DNA of 64,000 nucleotides from IMG/VR virus record IMGVR_UViG_3300022188_000006, positions 32,001 through 96,000 of that record; one strand, 5' to 3'. The position numbers and the translations under genes are program-made. The stretch is from a virus. Positions 35,726 to 46,300 of the stretch are shown piece after piece. Below the pieces are notes generated by a model, which was not told the origin of the DNA, did not search any database, and worked only from the letters and a program-made list of their open reading frames with translations. Position 1 is the first letter of the stretch. Every line of letters starts with the position of its first letter.

Positions 35726-37041
35726 AAGCCTACCGTTCCGGCACTGCTCAGTTCAACAGTCTTGTTTCCAAAGCGATTCCCTAATGGACCTCCGCGCCAG
35801 GTGCGTGTCACCTGAAAACTGGCTAGGAACCCTCTCTTTCCGACCTCTGTCCGAAGCCTTCGAATATAGTACTCTCCACTGTCCCTGCCGATACCGATTA
35901 GCTCCACACAATCGCGAACACGAAGGTCTTCAAGGGCAAATGTCCTGGCGTCACCCGCGACCAGCCAGCGCGTACTCTGCGAAACACCTTCGACCTGGTC
36001 CTGCAAGCTGAACCTGGTTTGTTTGTGCCCCTCCTCGAATAAGAAAGCATCGCCCTGACCAATGGTTTCGCTGATTACACTCAGTTTGTCAGAAGAAACA
36101 ACCTGCATGTTTCTGGCTGCCGCCTCTGTTTTCTCTGTCACCTCGTCCTTCTTTTCTTGGCTCTGCACCGTAAAGACCTCCCTGGAAAGCGGATCCACCT
36201 GAGAAGCGACCACGCGGGAGCCGTGGCCCAAGGGTGTCTGCCCGACAGTAGCGTTTCTCAAGGTACTTTCCTGCCCGTGACCGTAAATCAAGCGCCACAT
36301 GGGCTTTCTGTATCTGGGAGCGTGGAAGTGCAGAATCGGCCCGCCGGTCATGTGCGGACCGTGGTCCACGAACACCTGAAATCCGTAATAACGAGCACGC
36401 TTGTCAAGGAACTTCCAATCACTCTCATTCATTTGCGCAACGTGTTCATGAATTGGTTCTGTCTGGTCGACGTCGGCTTGCCAGCCGTACTCAGCAGCAA
36501 TTTGCTCGGCAATCTCAGAATCGCGCAGGTTTCTCCACACCCTACGCTTCTCTGTTAGTGTCAGTAGGACTTCCTCACCGTATCCCACAATGACAACATG
36601 TCTGGTCCCGGCCTCGCTCGCACCGTGTCGGATCCTGGCACCCTGACTGTAGAACAGATTGCCTCGCCGTTTCATGCCGGTACCGCGATATCCGAGCATT
36701 AGCTTGATCTCTTTCCCTTGTTCAAAGATGTTGCTACCGGCAAAATCCGGGACAGACTCAGAAAGCACTATCTCAATACGGGACACCATGTGCTCCGAGG
36801 TCTCGTCCACCTCGATGCGCTCTATTGGCGACCCATTCGCCTCGAACAACGTACCGCCGATATCAAGAACATAGTCTACTTCACGTCGGTCGCTTATTTG
36901 TGGTCTAGGACGTAAGTAGGACGCGGTATACGTTCCGGTCGCCGGAGAAGGCAACGTCAGCCGATCCGCTGCCCGGAGTGCTTTCACTAGGCCGCCACGA
37001 ATCACCGAAGCTGCATTGCAGGGAGTACCTCGACCCATCAT
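35722..37041 (-). CDS. Baseplate hub (late control D / gp27-like)
   Basis: DSEIAEQIAAEYG...QMNESDWKFLDKRARYYGF...LHFH; IGRDSGEYYI. Confidence 0.9.
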   Translation of the reverse strand: MMGRGTPCNAASVIRGGLVKALRAADRLTLPSPATGTYTASYLRPRPQISDRREVDYVLDIGGTLFEANGSPIERIEVDETSEHMVSRIEIVLSESVPDFAGSNIFEQGKEIKLMLGYRGTGMKRRGNLFYSQGARIRHGASEAGTRHVVIVGYGEEVLLTLTEKRRVWRNLRDSEIAEQIAAEYGWQADVDQTEPIHEHVAQMNESDWKFLDKRARYYGFQVFVDHGPHMTGGPILHFHAPRYRKPMWRLIYGHGQESTLRNATVGQTPLGHGSRVVASQVDPLSREVFTVQSQEKKDEVTEKTEAAARNMQVVSSDKLSVISETIGQGDAFLFEEGHKQTRFSLQDQVEGVSQSTRWLVAGDARTFALEDLRVRDCVELIGIGRDSGEYYIRRLRTEVGKRGFLASFQVTRTWRGGPLGNRFGNKTVELSSAGTVGL

Positions 37042-37352
37042 CCTCCCTCACGCAACTCCCGAAGCGGAATCATAACTTCGCTGCCGGGAGGGATGTCAAG
37101 CGGCCACAAAACACCGTTTACCTCGGCTATTAGCCACCACAATTTGCACTTATCAGCGTTTTGCCCTGCGTACTCATAGGCTAACTGATCCAGTTCTTCT
37201 CCGCTGCGAACCTCGTGTATCGCCCAGTTCGGGTCGACGTCCTCGGCCGACAAGGGCTTTCTAGGGTGAACAAAATTTCTGGCCACCCCATCCCGACCTA
37301 TGATAGTCGTAAACTCGCTATTCTCGTACCTGCTACCAGAATAAACCGCCAT
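37038..37352 (-). CDS. LysM-like baseplate protein (tail X type)
   Basis: SRYE...HEVRSGEELDQLAYEY...LWWLIAEVNG...IPPGSEVMIP. Confidence 0.88.
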   Translation of the reverse strand: MAVYSGSRYENSEFTTIIGRDGVARNFVHPRKPLSAEDVDPNWAIHEVRSGEELDQLAYEYAGQNADKCKLWWLIAEVNGVLWPLDIPPGSEVMIPLRELREGG

Positions 37353-37362
37353 GGCTTATCCC

Positions 37363-38010
37363 TCATTTCTTTTCATAAGGCGTCAACACGTACTCAGTGA
37401 AAGTCGCATCAACGAGTGCCCTAGTTGTTTTTCTTGTAAGAGGATGAATAGCAAGCCTCTTTATGCTCATGTTGGTGAGGGCGCATTTGAAGAAACTACT
37501 GGTAAGGAAAACGAGTAATACCGCTGCCTGATCATAGCCCCAATCGCGTGTCGCCAATCTGGCATTGTTCGGTCGCATCACGTCCATGAGCCAATTGATG
37601 GAATCTTCCGTGCTTTTTGCCCCTCCACCTTTGACCTGATAATCACCTATATCATTGAACAGCAGCTGCATCTGCCATCTGCGAGGCTTCGTCACCTTGT
37701 ACTGTATGGGGACTATCGATCCATTTCTGAAAGCGACCTCCTGCCAATCAGCAACCTCTGTCTCCGTGAAGCTAGACGGAGCATAGTGACAAACTAGGCG
37801 CTCTGAAGGCTTTTTCTCAAGCGCAATAGTCATTCTCGCCGTTCGCGGATGGTAGGACCGTCCCTGACTGGCCACCAACCGAACTACTTTGTTGTCGGTA
37901 ACCGGGGCAGCTTCACGACTCTGGTCCACCTGGACGTCGTTAGTACTCGGCGTGCCACGCTCATCCTTGCGCATTCTCCTAATCGACTGATTTAGGAAGT
38001 AGCTTCCCAT
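37363..38010 (-). CDS. Tail tube initiator (CIS-tube / Afp7-like)
   Basis: CHYAPSSFTE...QY...MQLLFND...CALTNMSIK...TRALVDATFTEY; position between TMP and LysM. Confidence 0.7.
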   Translation of the reverse strand: MGSYFLNQSIRRMRKDERGTPSTNDVQVDQSREAAPVTDNKVVRLVASQGRSYHPRTARMTIALEKKPSERLVCHYAPSSFTETEVADWQEVAFRNGSIVPIQYKVTKPRRWQMQLLFNDIGDYQVKGGGAKSTEDSINWLMDVMRPNNARLATRDWGYDQAAVLLVFLTSSFFKCALTNMSIKRLAIHPLTRKTTRALVDATFTEYVLTPYEKK

Positions 38011-38021
38011 AACTTCTCCGA

Positions 38022-41000
38022 CTACAGCGGTATACCGCGCATAGCACTCGCAGGAGCATTACCGTGTCGCAACAGTTCTTCCCTACTTACCCTAGCTATG
38101 GCTGTCCCCACCTCCTCGCCGTCCATAGTGACGGTCACCGGTATAATTATATCCCCACGGGTCTCCACCCCTGCAGGTGCAGGAGAAGGTGCAGCGGCTG
38201 GAAGGTGGCGAGTAACAATGCTAGGGATCAACGACTCAGCACGAGCAACTGCAACCTGTGGTGCTGGCAACTGACCTCCTAGAGTCCCAGTAGGCAGAAT
38301 TGGGGCAACCGGAGCTGCAACAGCAGCAGCCGTTGCCAGCGCAGCATGTTTCAGGCGCTCAAACGAGCCTGTAAGAGAAAGCATGCTCCTAGTCGCTTCT
38401 GCCGCACCTTCCGGAATATGTAGAAAGCCAGATCCGTGCATGGCTTTCTTGCTGCCTTTTGCCTCCCCGGCAATCCAGGAGAACATCTTGCCAAGAACCC
38501 CAAGATGCTTGACCGCGTCCTTAATCATGTCGCGGATACCAGCCTTGAATCTCTGACCAATGGTCAGAATCCAATCGCCGATTTTTGAAACCATGTTCCA
38601 CAAAGTGTCGACTAGGCTCCTTGCCCAGCTGTTTATGCCGTTCCAGATTGAGGTCGCCACAAGAACCATCATCTTCACCAACGCCCGCGGTATCACTGTG
38701 ACAATCCACCACACAAGCTTGAGCACACCCAAAGTAACCTGCTTGAACCACCACTTGGCCACAGACCAAATGACCCCTGCTATTTTCTTGGCCGCATTTT
38801 CGATGAAAGCACCCATGTTAAACCACTTCATAAATGATTCCCGTAATTTCTCGGCATGCTCGGTAGTCGGACTCAAAATATATGCGATAAAATCCCCAAG
38901 CATCTTTAGCGATCTGACGACAAGGGTAATTCCCCAGGCTAGGATCCTCACGGGCAAAAGAAGACCAGTGAAGAGGTACTTTGCTGCTATCCCGACAACC
39001 CGCATAATTTTGGCTAGGCCTTCGACATTGTCTCCCGCCTTTTCTGTTCCGGAAAGCAGTCTGCCAAGTACCCTGAATAGCGGCCCAAAGGCCTCACCAA
39101 GAGCCGAGCCCAGCTCGCTAAAAGCTGACCACACTCCTTCCAACGCATCAAGGAATCCAGCGACAAAAGCCATGGAAGCAAAATATAGAGTCTTAATTAC
39201 CGGGACTAAGACTCCAAGTATAGGACGAACAACTTTTCCGATCGCCTCTCCAATGGCGATCATTTTTCCACGGAATACTTCTGCTTCATTGGTTCCGAAC
39301 AGTCGGTCAAGAAACTCATCAATCATGCCGAGAATACTTGGCAGCTTTTCAAGCGGACCAAAAACACCTTCTAGTGCTTTACTGATTCCTTCTCCGACAA
39401 AGGACACGGCCTGCCACAGCCTAGAGAAGAATCCTACCAGTAATTTTACCAAAGCCACGACGGCAAGGAGTGGCGGATTAAACACCAAGAATGCCTCTGC
39501 CAGCGACCTAATTCCCCTCTCCCCGGAAGCAAGCATTTTCCACAGCTTGTACAACCCAACAACAATAGCTGCTACCCCAACGACAACCCACGTCCAAGGA
39601 TTTGCAAGTACTGCCGCAGTAAAAGCCCACATAGCACTCGTAGCGGCCCATATACCGCCGCTTAGAACCCACTGCGATGCCGCCTGAGCATAGTTGGCGA
39701 TAGTCTGCCGCGCTGATAACGCTATTTGCTTTAGGCGGATAACAATCCCTGCTTCTCCAGCAATGTTTTCGGCTATTTGGGCACCTACAAGCTTTTCCAG
39801 TGCCCCAATGGCGATCAAGACATTCTGCCTGAACCCTTGGAACATCGTAATCATGCGACCAAGAATTACAAGCCCGCCCAGTATTGTCACTCCGAGCACC
39901 GCCACCGCGCCTATGAGTCCGGTGACAGGTGCAGGAATCAACCTCAAAACAGCTACGACCCCTCGAAGCAACATAACGAAGGGCATCAGGATCGGCCCCA
40001 AAAACATCCCGATTCGCACCCCAAGCTGTTTCACCTCTTCACCAAGCAATTTTAGCTGGGTTATCAGGTTAAGCGATCCGCGCGCTGCTTCCCTTTGAAG
40101 CGCTGAGGAATCAGCAAATGTTTTTCCGAGATCCTGCACCAAACCAGGCATCTGCCCCAGATGTTTGCCGAGATTCTGGAATGCAGTCAGCTCGCGTTCC
40201 GATGCCAAGCCCAAAACCTTGACCTTTGTTGCCTCTGACTGGTCTCCGAGTGATTTCAGGCCGCGCATGATCAGATTAACACCGCTGGCCAGATCACCTG
40301 CACGGAAAGCGGCAAGCACCTGTTCCCGGGCCATGCCACGAAGCCCCAGCTCAGCAGCCTTAGTCGGATCTCGCAGACGCTCCAGTACAGTTCCGGTTAT
40401 ACGCACAGCCTCGGCGGAATCGAGTCCGGCTTTTCGCAGGCCAATAACTATGCCGGTGAACCCGGTAAGCTGCATACCGGTTTGCTTCATCGCAGCACCG
40501 TACTCACGCACACCTTGGATAAGTGCCGAAACATCGAGCTTGTAACTACGGGCGGCCGCAGCCAGCCCACCCATCTGCTTTCTGGCTTGTTCTGCCGAAG
40601 ATCCGAAACCGACCACTAGAGCTTTAGCCAGCTTGCCTGATTCTTCTCTCGACACCTTGGTCGCCAGTGAGAACTGGAAAATCTCCATGCTGAAGGCTTT
40701 TAGGTTTCTTTCGCCTTTAACCCCGACAACCGCCAACTCTGCAACCGAGTCGATGAAAGTGGCCGCGCTCCTGCCGGCAGCAGTCATTGCTGCAGCGTAA
40801 GACTCGGCACTGGCACTAGCACGCGCAAAAACGTCAGAGGTTTTTGCGATAGCTGTTTGCAGGTCGTAGGCCGACTCAACCACACCGCCCACCACCTTGC
40901 GTAGCCAGAGATACGCGCCAGTCATGAGGGTAAGGTCTGAGCCGATGCTGCTCTGGGCCTGCCTCGTGGCTCCGGCCATGCCACCCATCGCGCCAATTAC

Positions 41001-41162
41001 ACCCCTACCAGCGGTCTGCACATCCTTCCGCAGCGTGCGTAGTGAGTTGTCCATCTTGCCAATGTTCTGTTGGACGTTGTCCAACGCCTTGATCATCGGA
41101 TCGTCCTTCACGATGAACTCAATCGCGAAGATCCGTTTGTTGCCAGGAGGGACATCGGCCAT
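38022..41162 (-). CDS. Tape measure protein
   Basis: 1046-aa Ala/Gly/Leu-rich helical protein with hydrophobic segments (AVLANPWTWVVVGVAAIVVG), directly after the frameshifting chaperone. Confidence 0.9.
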   Translation of the reverse strand: MADVPPGNKRIFAIEFIVKDDPMIKALDNVQQNIGKMDNSLRTLRKDVQTAGRGVIGAMGGMAGATRQAQSSIGSDLTLMTGAYLWLRKVVGGVVESAYDLQTAIAKTSDVFARASASAESYAAAMTAAGRSAATFIDSVAELAVVGVKGERNLKAFSMEIFQFSLATKVSREESGKLAKALVVGFGSSAEQARKQMGGLAAAARSYKLDVSALIQGVREYGAAMKQTGMQLTGFTGIVIGLRKAGLDSAEAVRITGTVLERLRDPTKAAELGLRGMAREQVLAAFRAGDLASGVNLIMRGLKSLGDQSEATKVKVLGLASERELTAFQNLGKHLGQMPGLVQDLGKTFADSSALQREAARGSLNLITQLKLLGEEVKQLGVRIGMFLGPILMPFVMLLRGVVAVLRLIPAPVTGLIGAVAVLGVTILGGLVILGRMITMFQGFRQNVLIAIGALEKLVGAQIAENIAGEAGIVIRLKQIALSARQTIANYAQAASQWVLSGGIWAATSAMWAFTAAVLANPWTWVVVGVAAIVVGLYKLWKMLASGERGIRSLAEAFLVFNPPLLAVVALVKLLVGFFSRLWQAVSFVGEGISKALEGVFGPLEKLPSILGMIDEFLDRLFGTNEAEVFRGKMIAIGEAIGKVVRPILGVLVPVIKTLYFASMAFVAGFLDALEGVWSAFSELGSALGEAFGPLFRVLGRLLSGTEKAGDNVEGLAKIMRVVGIAAKYLFTGLLLPVRILAWGITLVVRSLKMLGDFIAYILSPTTEHAEKLRESFMKWFNMGAFIENAAKKIAGVIWSVAKWWFKQVTLGVLKLVWWIVTVIPRALVKMMVLVATSIWNGINSWARSLVDTLWNMVSKIGDWILTIGQRFKAGIRDMIKDAVKHLGVLGKMFSWIAGEAKGSKKAMHGSGFLHIPEGAAEATRSMLSLTGSFERLKHAALATAAAVAAPVAPILPTGTLGGQLPAPQVAVARAESLIPSIVTRHLPAAAPSPAPAGVETRGDIIIPVTVTMDGEEVGTAIARVSREELLRHGNAPASAMRGIPL

Positions 41163-41168
41163 TAGAAG

Positions 41169-41393
41169 TCACCTACGCTTTGCTGCTTCTATCTCTTCCT
41201 GAATGCGTTCTTGATGCTCTTCACATTTCTCGGCCCACTTGCGTCGCTCCTGTTCCGGAAGGTTAATCACTTCCGTGTAGGTCCAACCCTGGAGCGTCAT
41301 GCAGATGAGCCAGATCTCGGAATCTATTTCTTCGCAAACCGCTTTGTAGAAGGACTCTAGGTCCTCTCCCTCTGCGGCCTTCGGAACAAAAAA
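41169..41393 (-). CDS. -1 frameshift extension of the tail assembly chaperone (DUF6760-like)
   Basis: EIWLICMTLQGWTYTEVINLPEQERRKW motif in the -1 frame, open across the slippery site T-TTT-TTG. Confidence 0.75.
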   Translation of the reverse strand, partial: FFVPKAAEGEDLESFYKAVCEEIDSEIWLICMTLQGWTYTEVINLPEQERRKWAEKCEEHQERIQEEIEAAKRR

Positions 41394-42148
41394 TCCGAGC
41401 TTGCGAGGGTCATTGTCATCTCTTCGCCGCACTGCACGCAGTCGACGGGTACCCGCATGTCAGGCCCGGGAAGTGCCTTGGTGAACTCTTCATCCACGAA
41501 GTCAATCACCGGAAGCGGGAGATTGTCAAAAAACTGTGGAGGCATCTCGCTTGCCGGAGTTCCGTTCCACTCGATCAGGCAACGCTCGTAGAGCGTATAG
41601 CTCGCGGCAACCGGATTCTTGTCCAGAAGTGGAGCAATGTCCACTTGGTCCTCGCCTTTTGGGAGCCTGAATGTGGCTTCAAGCTGGAGGTCTTGATCCG
41701 CGATGCTGAAGAGAATGTCACCGCCTTCTGCCTTAGCCTCATAGTCAGACACCAAGTCCTCGTATGTGCGAACCTTGATATCGTTCGTGAGGTCCATGGA
41801 AACGTCTAATTGCGCCCCGCAGACCCCGCACTTAACCTGCGAGTGCACGACACTGCCCAGTGAGATTTCGCGAATCTTCAGAAGAAGGAAATCCCGGTCT
41901 GCCACAAACAGCTTTTGGGTCAGTGCTGACCGAATCCTTGTCTCGCCCCCCACTTCGGTAAGACACTGACCCAGAAGCGCGTCTATTACCTTGGCCGGAT
42001 TTCGTCTCATCTCCGGCCTTGACACCATCTTCCGCGCTTTTCCTGTCATCGGAACAATAAGCGCGTCTCTCTTCAGTTCCCCATCCACCATAAGCCCACA
42101 GGGCAGACGCACCTCCGTAGCAGGTGCAACAGCACTCTCCATAGCCAT
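41357..42148 (-). CDS. Tail/baseplate assembly chaperone
   Basis: LPCGL...LFVADRDFLLLKIREISLG...CGVC...FRLPKGEDQ...PGPD...CVQC...DFLF. Confidence 0.82.
   Translation of the reverse strand: MAMESAVAPATEVRLPCGLMVDGELKRDALIVPMTGKARKMVSRPEMRRNPAKVIDALLGQCLTEVGGETRIRSALTQKLFVADRDFLLLKIREISLGSVVHSQVKCGVCGAQLDVSMDLTNDIKVRTYEDLVSDYEAKAEGGDILFSIADQDLQLEATFRLPKGEDQVDIAPLLDKNPVAASYTLYERCLIEWNGTPASEMPPQFFDNLPLPVIDFVDEEFTKALPGPDMRVPVDCVQCGEEMTMTLASSDFLFRRPQRERT
41387..41393 (-). other. Programmed -1 ribosomal frameshift heptamer T TTT TTG
   Basis: GAT TTT TTG in chaperone frame; XXXYYYZ pattern at the canonical position before the TMP gene. Confidence 0.78.
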
Positions 42149-42204
42149 CGTTCATCTCCTGTCACAGACAACTTACGCACTGTATTACTCATGCAGCACG
42201 CACG

Positions 42205-42720
42205 TCACAGAGTGCGCGCGGGAACAATGATATCCAGACCCTCGTGCTGTAGCACAAGAGTCTCAATCAGCACCTCGGATCCTTCGGCATTGAGATCGCT
42301 CACGCTGAGTTCCGAGGGCCAAGCAAGATGAAGCCGCCACTGACGCACCGGTTTCGTGTTCGGCTCGCCCTTGTCATAGAGGCTGATGTCAACAGTTCGA
42401 CGAAAGCCAGTACGTTCGGCGCCCGCCGGAACACCGTCGCCGATACCACCGTCAGAGCCGTACCTGGCCACCCCTTCTCTCCAGGCAAAGAGGAAGTTGT
42501 TGTTGGTGGCACCCTTCGTCAGCGTAACCGGGTCATAGTTGGTCAGCCCGGGCAGCTTCATCTTCCAGACCGGCTGATTCCCCTCACGGTATTCAACCAC
42601 GTCGGAAGACTCCTTGAGGCCCGAGACCTTTTGGAAGCCAATTTGCGCATTTCCGGCCCCGTTCACCACGACAGAGAACTTAAAACTGCGGAACGGATCG
42701 GCCATGGTAACGTCAGCCAT
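42205..42720 (-). CDS. Tail tube protein (T4 gp19 / Afp1-5-like)
   Basis: DPFRSFKFSV...GFQKVSGL...VVEYREG...KLPGLTNYDPVTLTKG...AWPS...IETLVLQHEG. Confidence 0.93.
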   Translation of the reverse strand: MADVTMADPFRSFKFSVVVNGAGNAQIGFQKVSGLKESSDVVEYREGNQPVWKMKLPGLTNYDPVTLTKGATNNNFLFAWREGVARYGSDGGIGDGVPAGAERTGFRRTVDISLYDKGEPNTKPVRQWRLHLAWPSELSVSDLNAEGSEVLIETLVLQHEGLDIIVPARTL

Positions 42721-42733
42721 TTTCCTTCTCCTT

Positions 42734-43267
42734 TCAAGCCATTGCGGCTGTTCCCCTAGAAGGAGCCATGATCGTCTCCGGCGGCCCCGTATAAGAGAAC
42801 CTCACGCCTTCGTTTGCAACCGTCATGCTCAGTACCTGAACAGAAGACGTTTCGGCATCGAAGTCGCCAAACTTTATGTCTTTTGGCCAGGCAGCAATGA
42901 CGTTCCACTTAGCCACTGGTCCACTATTCTCCCCCTTAGCCCATGCGGTAATCTCTATAGGGGCACGCATCGGCCTGCTTGATGTCATAGCCAGCACTTC
43001 CTCAACACGCTCAAGCCAATTCCACAGTGACTGAACCTCATAGGTAACGCCGCGGCTAAAGGTGACGTCCGGGAAGTGCATACGGTCAGGCAATTTCCAA
43101 GGTGTCACAAAGTCAGTCAGCTCGCTCCATTCAAAAACGCCGACGCTCGCGCCGAGTCCAGAGACCTTCTGGAATCCTAACGCGAAATCGCCAATTCCGA
43201 GTGAGCGGCCCTGAATGCTCACATGGAATCTAAAAGAGCGAATGGGATCGGCGATATCTACAGGCAC
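42734..43267 (-). CDS. Second tail tube protein paralogue
   Basis: DPIRSFRFHV...GFQKVSGL...KLP...VTFSRG...AWPK...MTVANEG. Confidence 0.9.
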   Translation of the reverse strand: MPVDIADPIRSFRFHVSIQGRSLGIGDFALGFQKVSGLGASVGVFEWSELTDFVTPWKLPDRMHFPDVTFSRGVTYEVQSLWNWLERVEEVLAMTSSRPMRAPIEITAWAKGENSGPVAKWNVIAAWPKDIKFGDFDAETSSVQVLSMTVANEGVRFSYTGPPETIMAPSRGTAAMA

Positions 43268-43285
43268 CTTCTCATCCTCGCGCCT

Positions 43286-43312
43286 GGGGTGCCGCCCTCA
43301 CAGCGGCACCCC
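43286..43312 (-). terminator. Stem-loop after the sheath gene (no U-tract on the coding strand)
   Basis: ggggtgccgc-cctcaca-gcggcacccc 10-bp inverted repeat. Confidence 0.55.
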
Positions 43313-43326
43313 GTCTCTTTCCGCTG

Positions 43327-46300
43327 TTAGCCCCTACGCGCGATTTCCTCTTCGATGGTCGTACCACCGCTCCAGATACCGATGCGGAAGATAACGAACT
43401 CCGCTGGGAACGGAGGATTGATCCCGATCTCGCAGATCACGCGGCCATCCCGGATGTCGGCAATCGTGTTCGTCTCGTCATCACACTTCACGAAATACGC
43501 CTTCGTGTAGTCTGTGCTCGGGAACAACATCCCGCGGGTCCATAGGCTGTGCAGGAACTCAGCATTGACCGCCTCGACCTCAGCCCACAGCCTCGGGTCG
43601 ATGGGCTGGAATACCACCCAGCGGTTGCCGGCCTTGATCGACGCCTTCACAAAGTTGAGCAAACGCCGCACAGGGACGTAGTGACGCCCGTCGCGCAGAC
43701 TCGTAAGAGTACGAGCACCCCAGACCCGAATGCCTTCGCCCGGGAACTCCCGGATGCAGTTAATGCCAACCGGGTTCAGGATGTCCTGCTCGCCGTCACT
43801 CACGTTGTACGTCAGACCAAGGACGTTCCGCATCACGATGTTGGCCGGAGCAACATGCACGCCCCGTGTCGAGGCTACCTGAGCGTAAATACCCGCCATA
43901 TGTCCCGACGGAGGACGCTCGATAGTCGCCCCACTGTTGATTGGATCTCTCTCCAGCACCCACGGGTAGTACATCGCCACGTAGCTGCTATCTGCGTTGA
44001 GGTCATACATCCGATAGTTGTACACCTCGGTAGGCAAATCCGCATAGCGAGGCGGGTCGATGATGCACATGACGACACTGCGGTTCTCGCTGTAGCTGAT
44101 CATCTCGGTATGGACGATCTCGGTCGTCACGCCAGGAATGCAGAAGTAGTTCAGCTCCCGCACATCGTCCAGGAGGTACATACCCGACCGCGGATTCACG
44201 TCGCTGCCGATGAAGTCGTTATCAGTCGGGGTGGCCCCGTCCTGACCATGCTCAAGCGGCAGGGACACGACTGCGAGCGGGATGTTTCTCCAGAGGTCCG
44301 CAGGAGACGCATAGAGATCGATGAGTTCCACGATAAGCGACTCGTTGGTGTCACCGCTCAGGCGCACACCGAAGTAGTCGGAACTCTCTTCCTCCATGGA
44401 CAAGAACTGATGCGTCTCCTTCACAACGCCCTTCTCCAGCACCTGAACCATCCACTCCTCGCTGACAGCAAGCGCACCGGAAATGATGGTGTTGCTCAGG
44501 CTCACCGGAGCGAACCGAATCACGTTGCCGTCAATCGCCGTCACCTTCACATCCACCAGGTTGACCCCATCGCTGATGACCACTCGGGCACCGATCCGCA
44601 GCTGCCCCACAGACGCCACCGTGATGCGGTCAGCGCCATCCACAAGGTCTTCCATGGTGATCGTCGACATACGGTGCTGAGAGCAGGACTGGACAGGAGC
44701 ACCGGCAGGAATGATTCCAACCAGGTCGTCAATAAGTGGCAGAACGCTGACTTCGCGCGCGTTCACGTCGATTTCGGTCACAAGGCCGACATACCTCTTG
44801 CTGGCGAAGCTTGGATCATAGGTGTACAGGATATCGCCCTTGGACACGCCGCGGATAGACGAGAGTTGCAGCTTCGTGTCCCCGTTGAACACCTCACCAC
44901 GCAGCTCATGCTGCCAAGCGATTGTCCTGATCGACACGCTATTGCCCCAGGCCCCCGGATTCTCCGCTCGAACCAGGATGGACTCCATGAAGTCAGCGTC
45001 GGAACCACGATGCAGAGTGTTGTCGAAGCCCAACCCTTCGGCCGTGGTCGATGTCGCCACCTGAATCGTAGCAGAATCGCCGGTCGCCAGGGTCTCAATC
45101 ATTACTCCGCCGTTGGTCGTAGTTGTCGCGGAACCGCCCGAGATTGTAGCGTTCACTACATCGACGACCTCCTGAGCAGTGACCTTGTCGACATTCGCCA
45201 CGTTACCTGTACCCATGGTCACACCAACAGCGTGCATGAGAGCCGCAACCGCTGTCCCGCCGAGGATGTTGACCTTTGAGCCCGAACCGTATTGGTCGGC
45301 CTTGAAACTGAAAACATTCGCCGCAGCCGACATGGACCCGCCGCGAAGTCGCGGGTTCACGTAGTCCAGAACCTCCTGAACAGGAGCCGGGTTGGTCAGA
45401 CCCGTGAAAGTGATTGTTGTGGGGTCATAGCCGGAGAACTGGATCTGCAGTGTCTGCCCGTTCAAGTTGACAGGCACATAGGCACCGGACCCGTTGCGGA
45501 CCGCTTGCGTTCCTGTGAAGGTGAACACCTGTGTTGGCTGACCAGAGATGTCGACGTCGAGGTGCTCGCCTGCCTCCAGGTTGAACGGCTCCGTCAGCGA
45601 GGTGATGACCTTCGCAGAACTTCCAGCCGAGCCCCAGCCGTAGTGGATCTGATTATCAAAGTTGAAGGCAGACGCTGTCGTGCTTGCGGCGATCTGCACG
45701 GATACACTGGCGCCCTTCTCTACGGTAATAATCTGTAGTTCACCGTTCGGACTGGCTACTGCATAGGCGCCCTGCAAAGTGCCCAGCGCTGCTGCTGCGT
45801 CACTCGCGGTCACGCTGTCGATGTTCGGCACATTGCCCGTACCATATGCCTCGGTGATATCGTGACCGATGTCAGCTAAAGCTGTGCCACCGGTGATCTT
45901 CACGAAAGACCCGCTACCGATCTGGTCGGCCTGGAAGTCGATCTCGCCGCTGTTGACGATCGCCGAGCCACCTTGCAACAACGGGTTGAGGAAGTTCGCG
46001 ACATCGGTAGCGTTGGGATTCGCCGGCAAGCCGCTGAACGTGATCGTCGCCATGTCCCAGCCGGAGAACTGAATGAACAAGGTCTTACCGTTGATGTCGT
46101 TCCCGGTGAAGCCATTTCCGGAGACCAGCGCCTGAGTGCCGGTGAAGGTGAACACCTGGGTAGCATAACCGAGCACGTCGATGTCCAGATGCTCGCCGAC
46201 ATCCAGGTTGTAAGGACCAGCCGCACCTGCTACAACCTTTGCCGGACCTCCGCTATCGCCGGAATTCCGCATATTGGCCCAGCTCACGGCCGCGCCTTCA

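Noticed and set aside
43549-45279. 576-aa plus-strand ORF (also 51538-52908, 27983-29191, 38560-39687, 1848-2714)
   Set aside because: Antisense shadows of well-supported minus-strand genes; no recognisable motifs and explained by codon bias.
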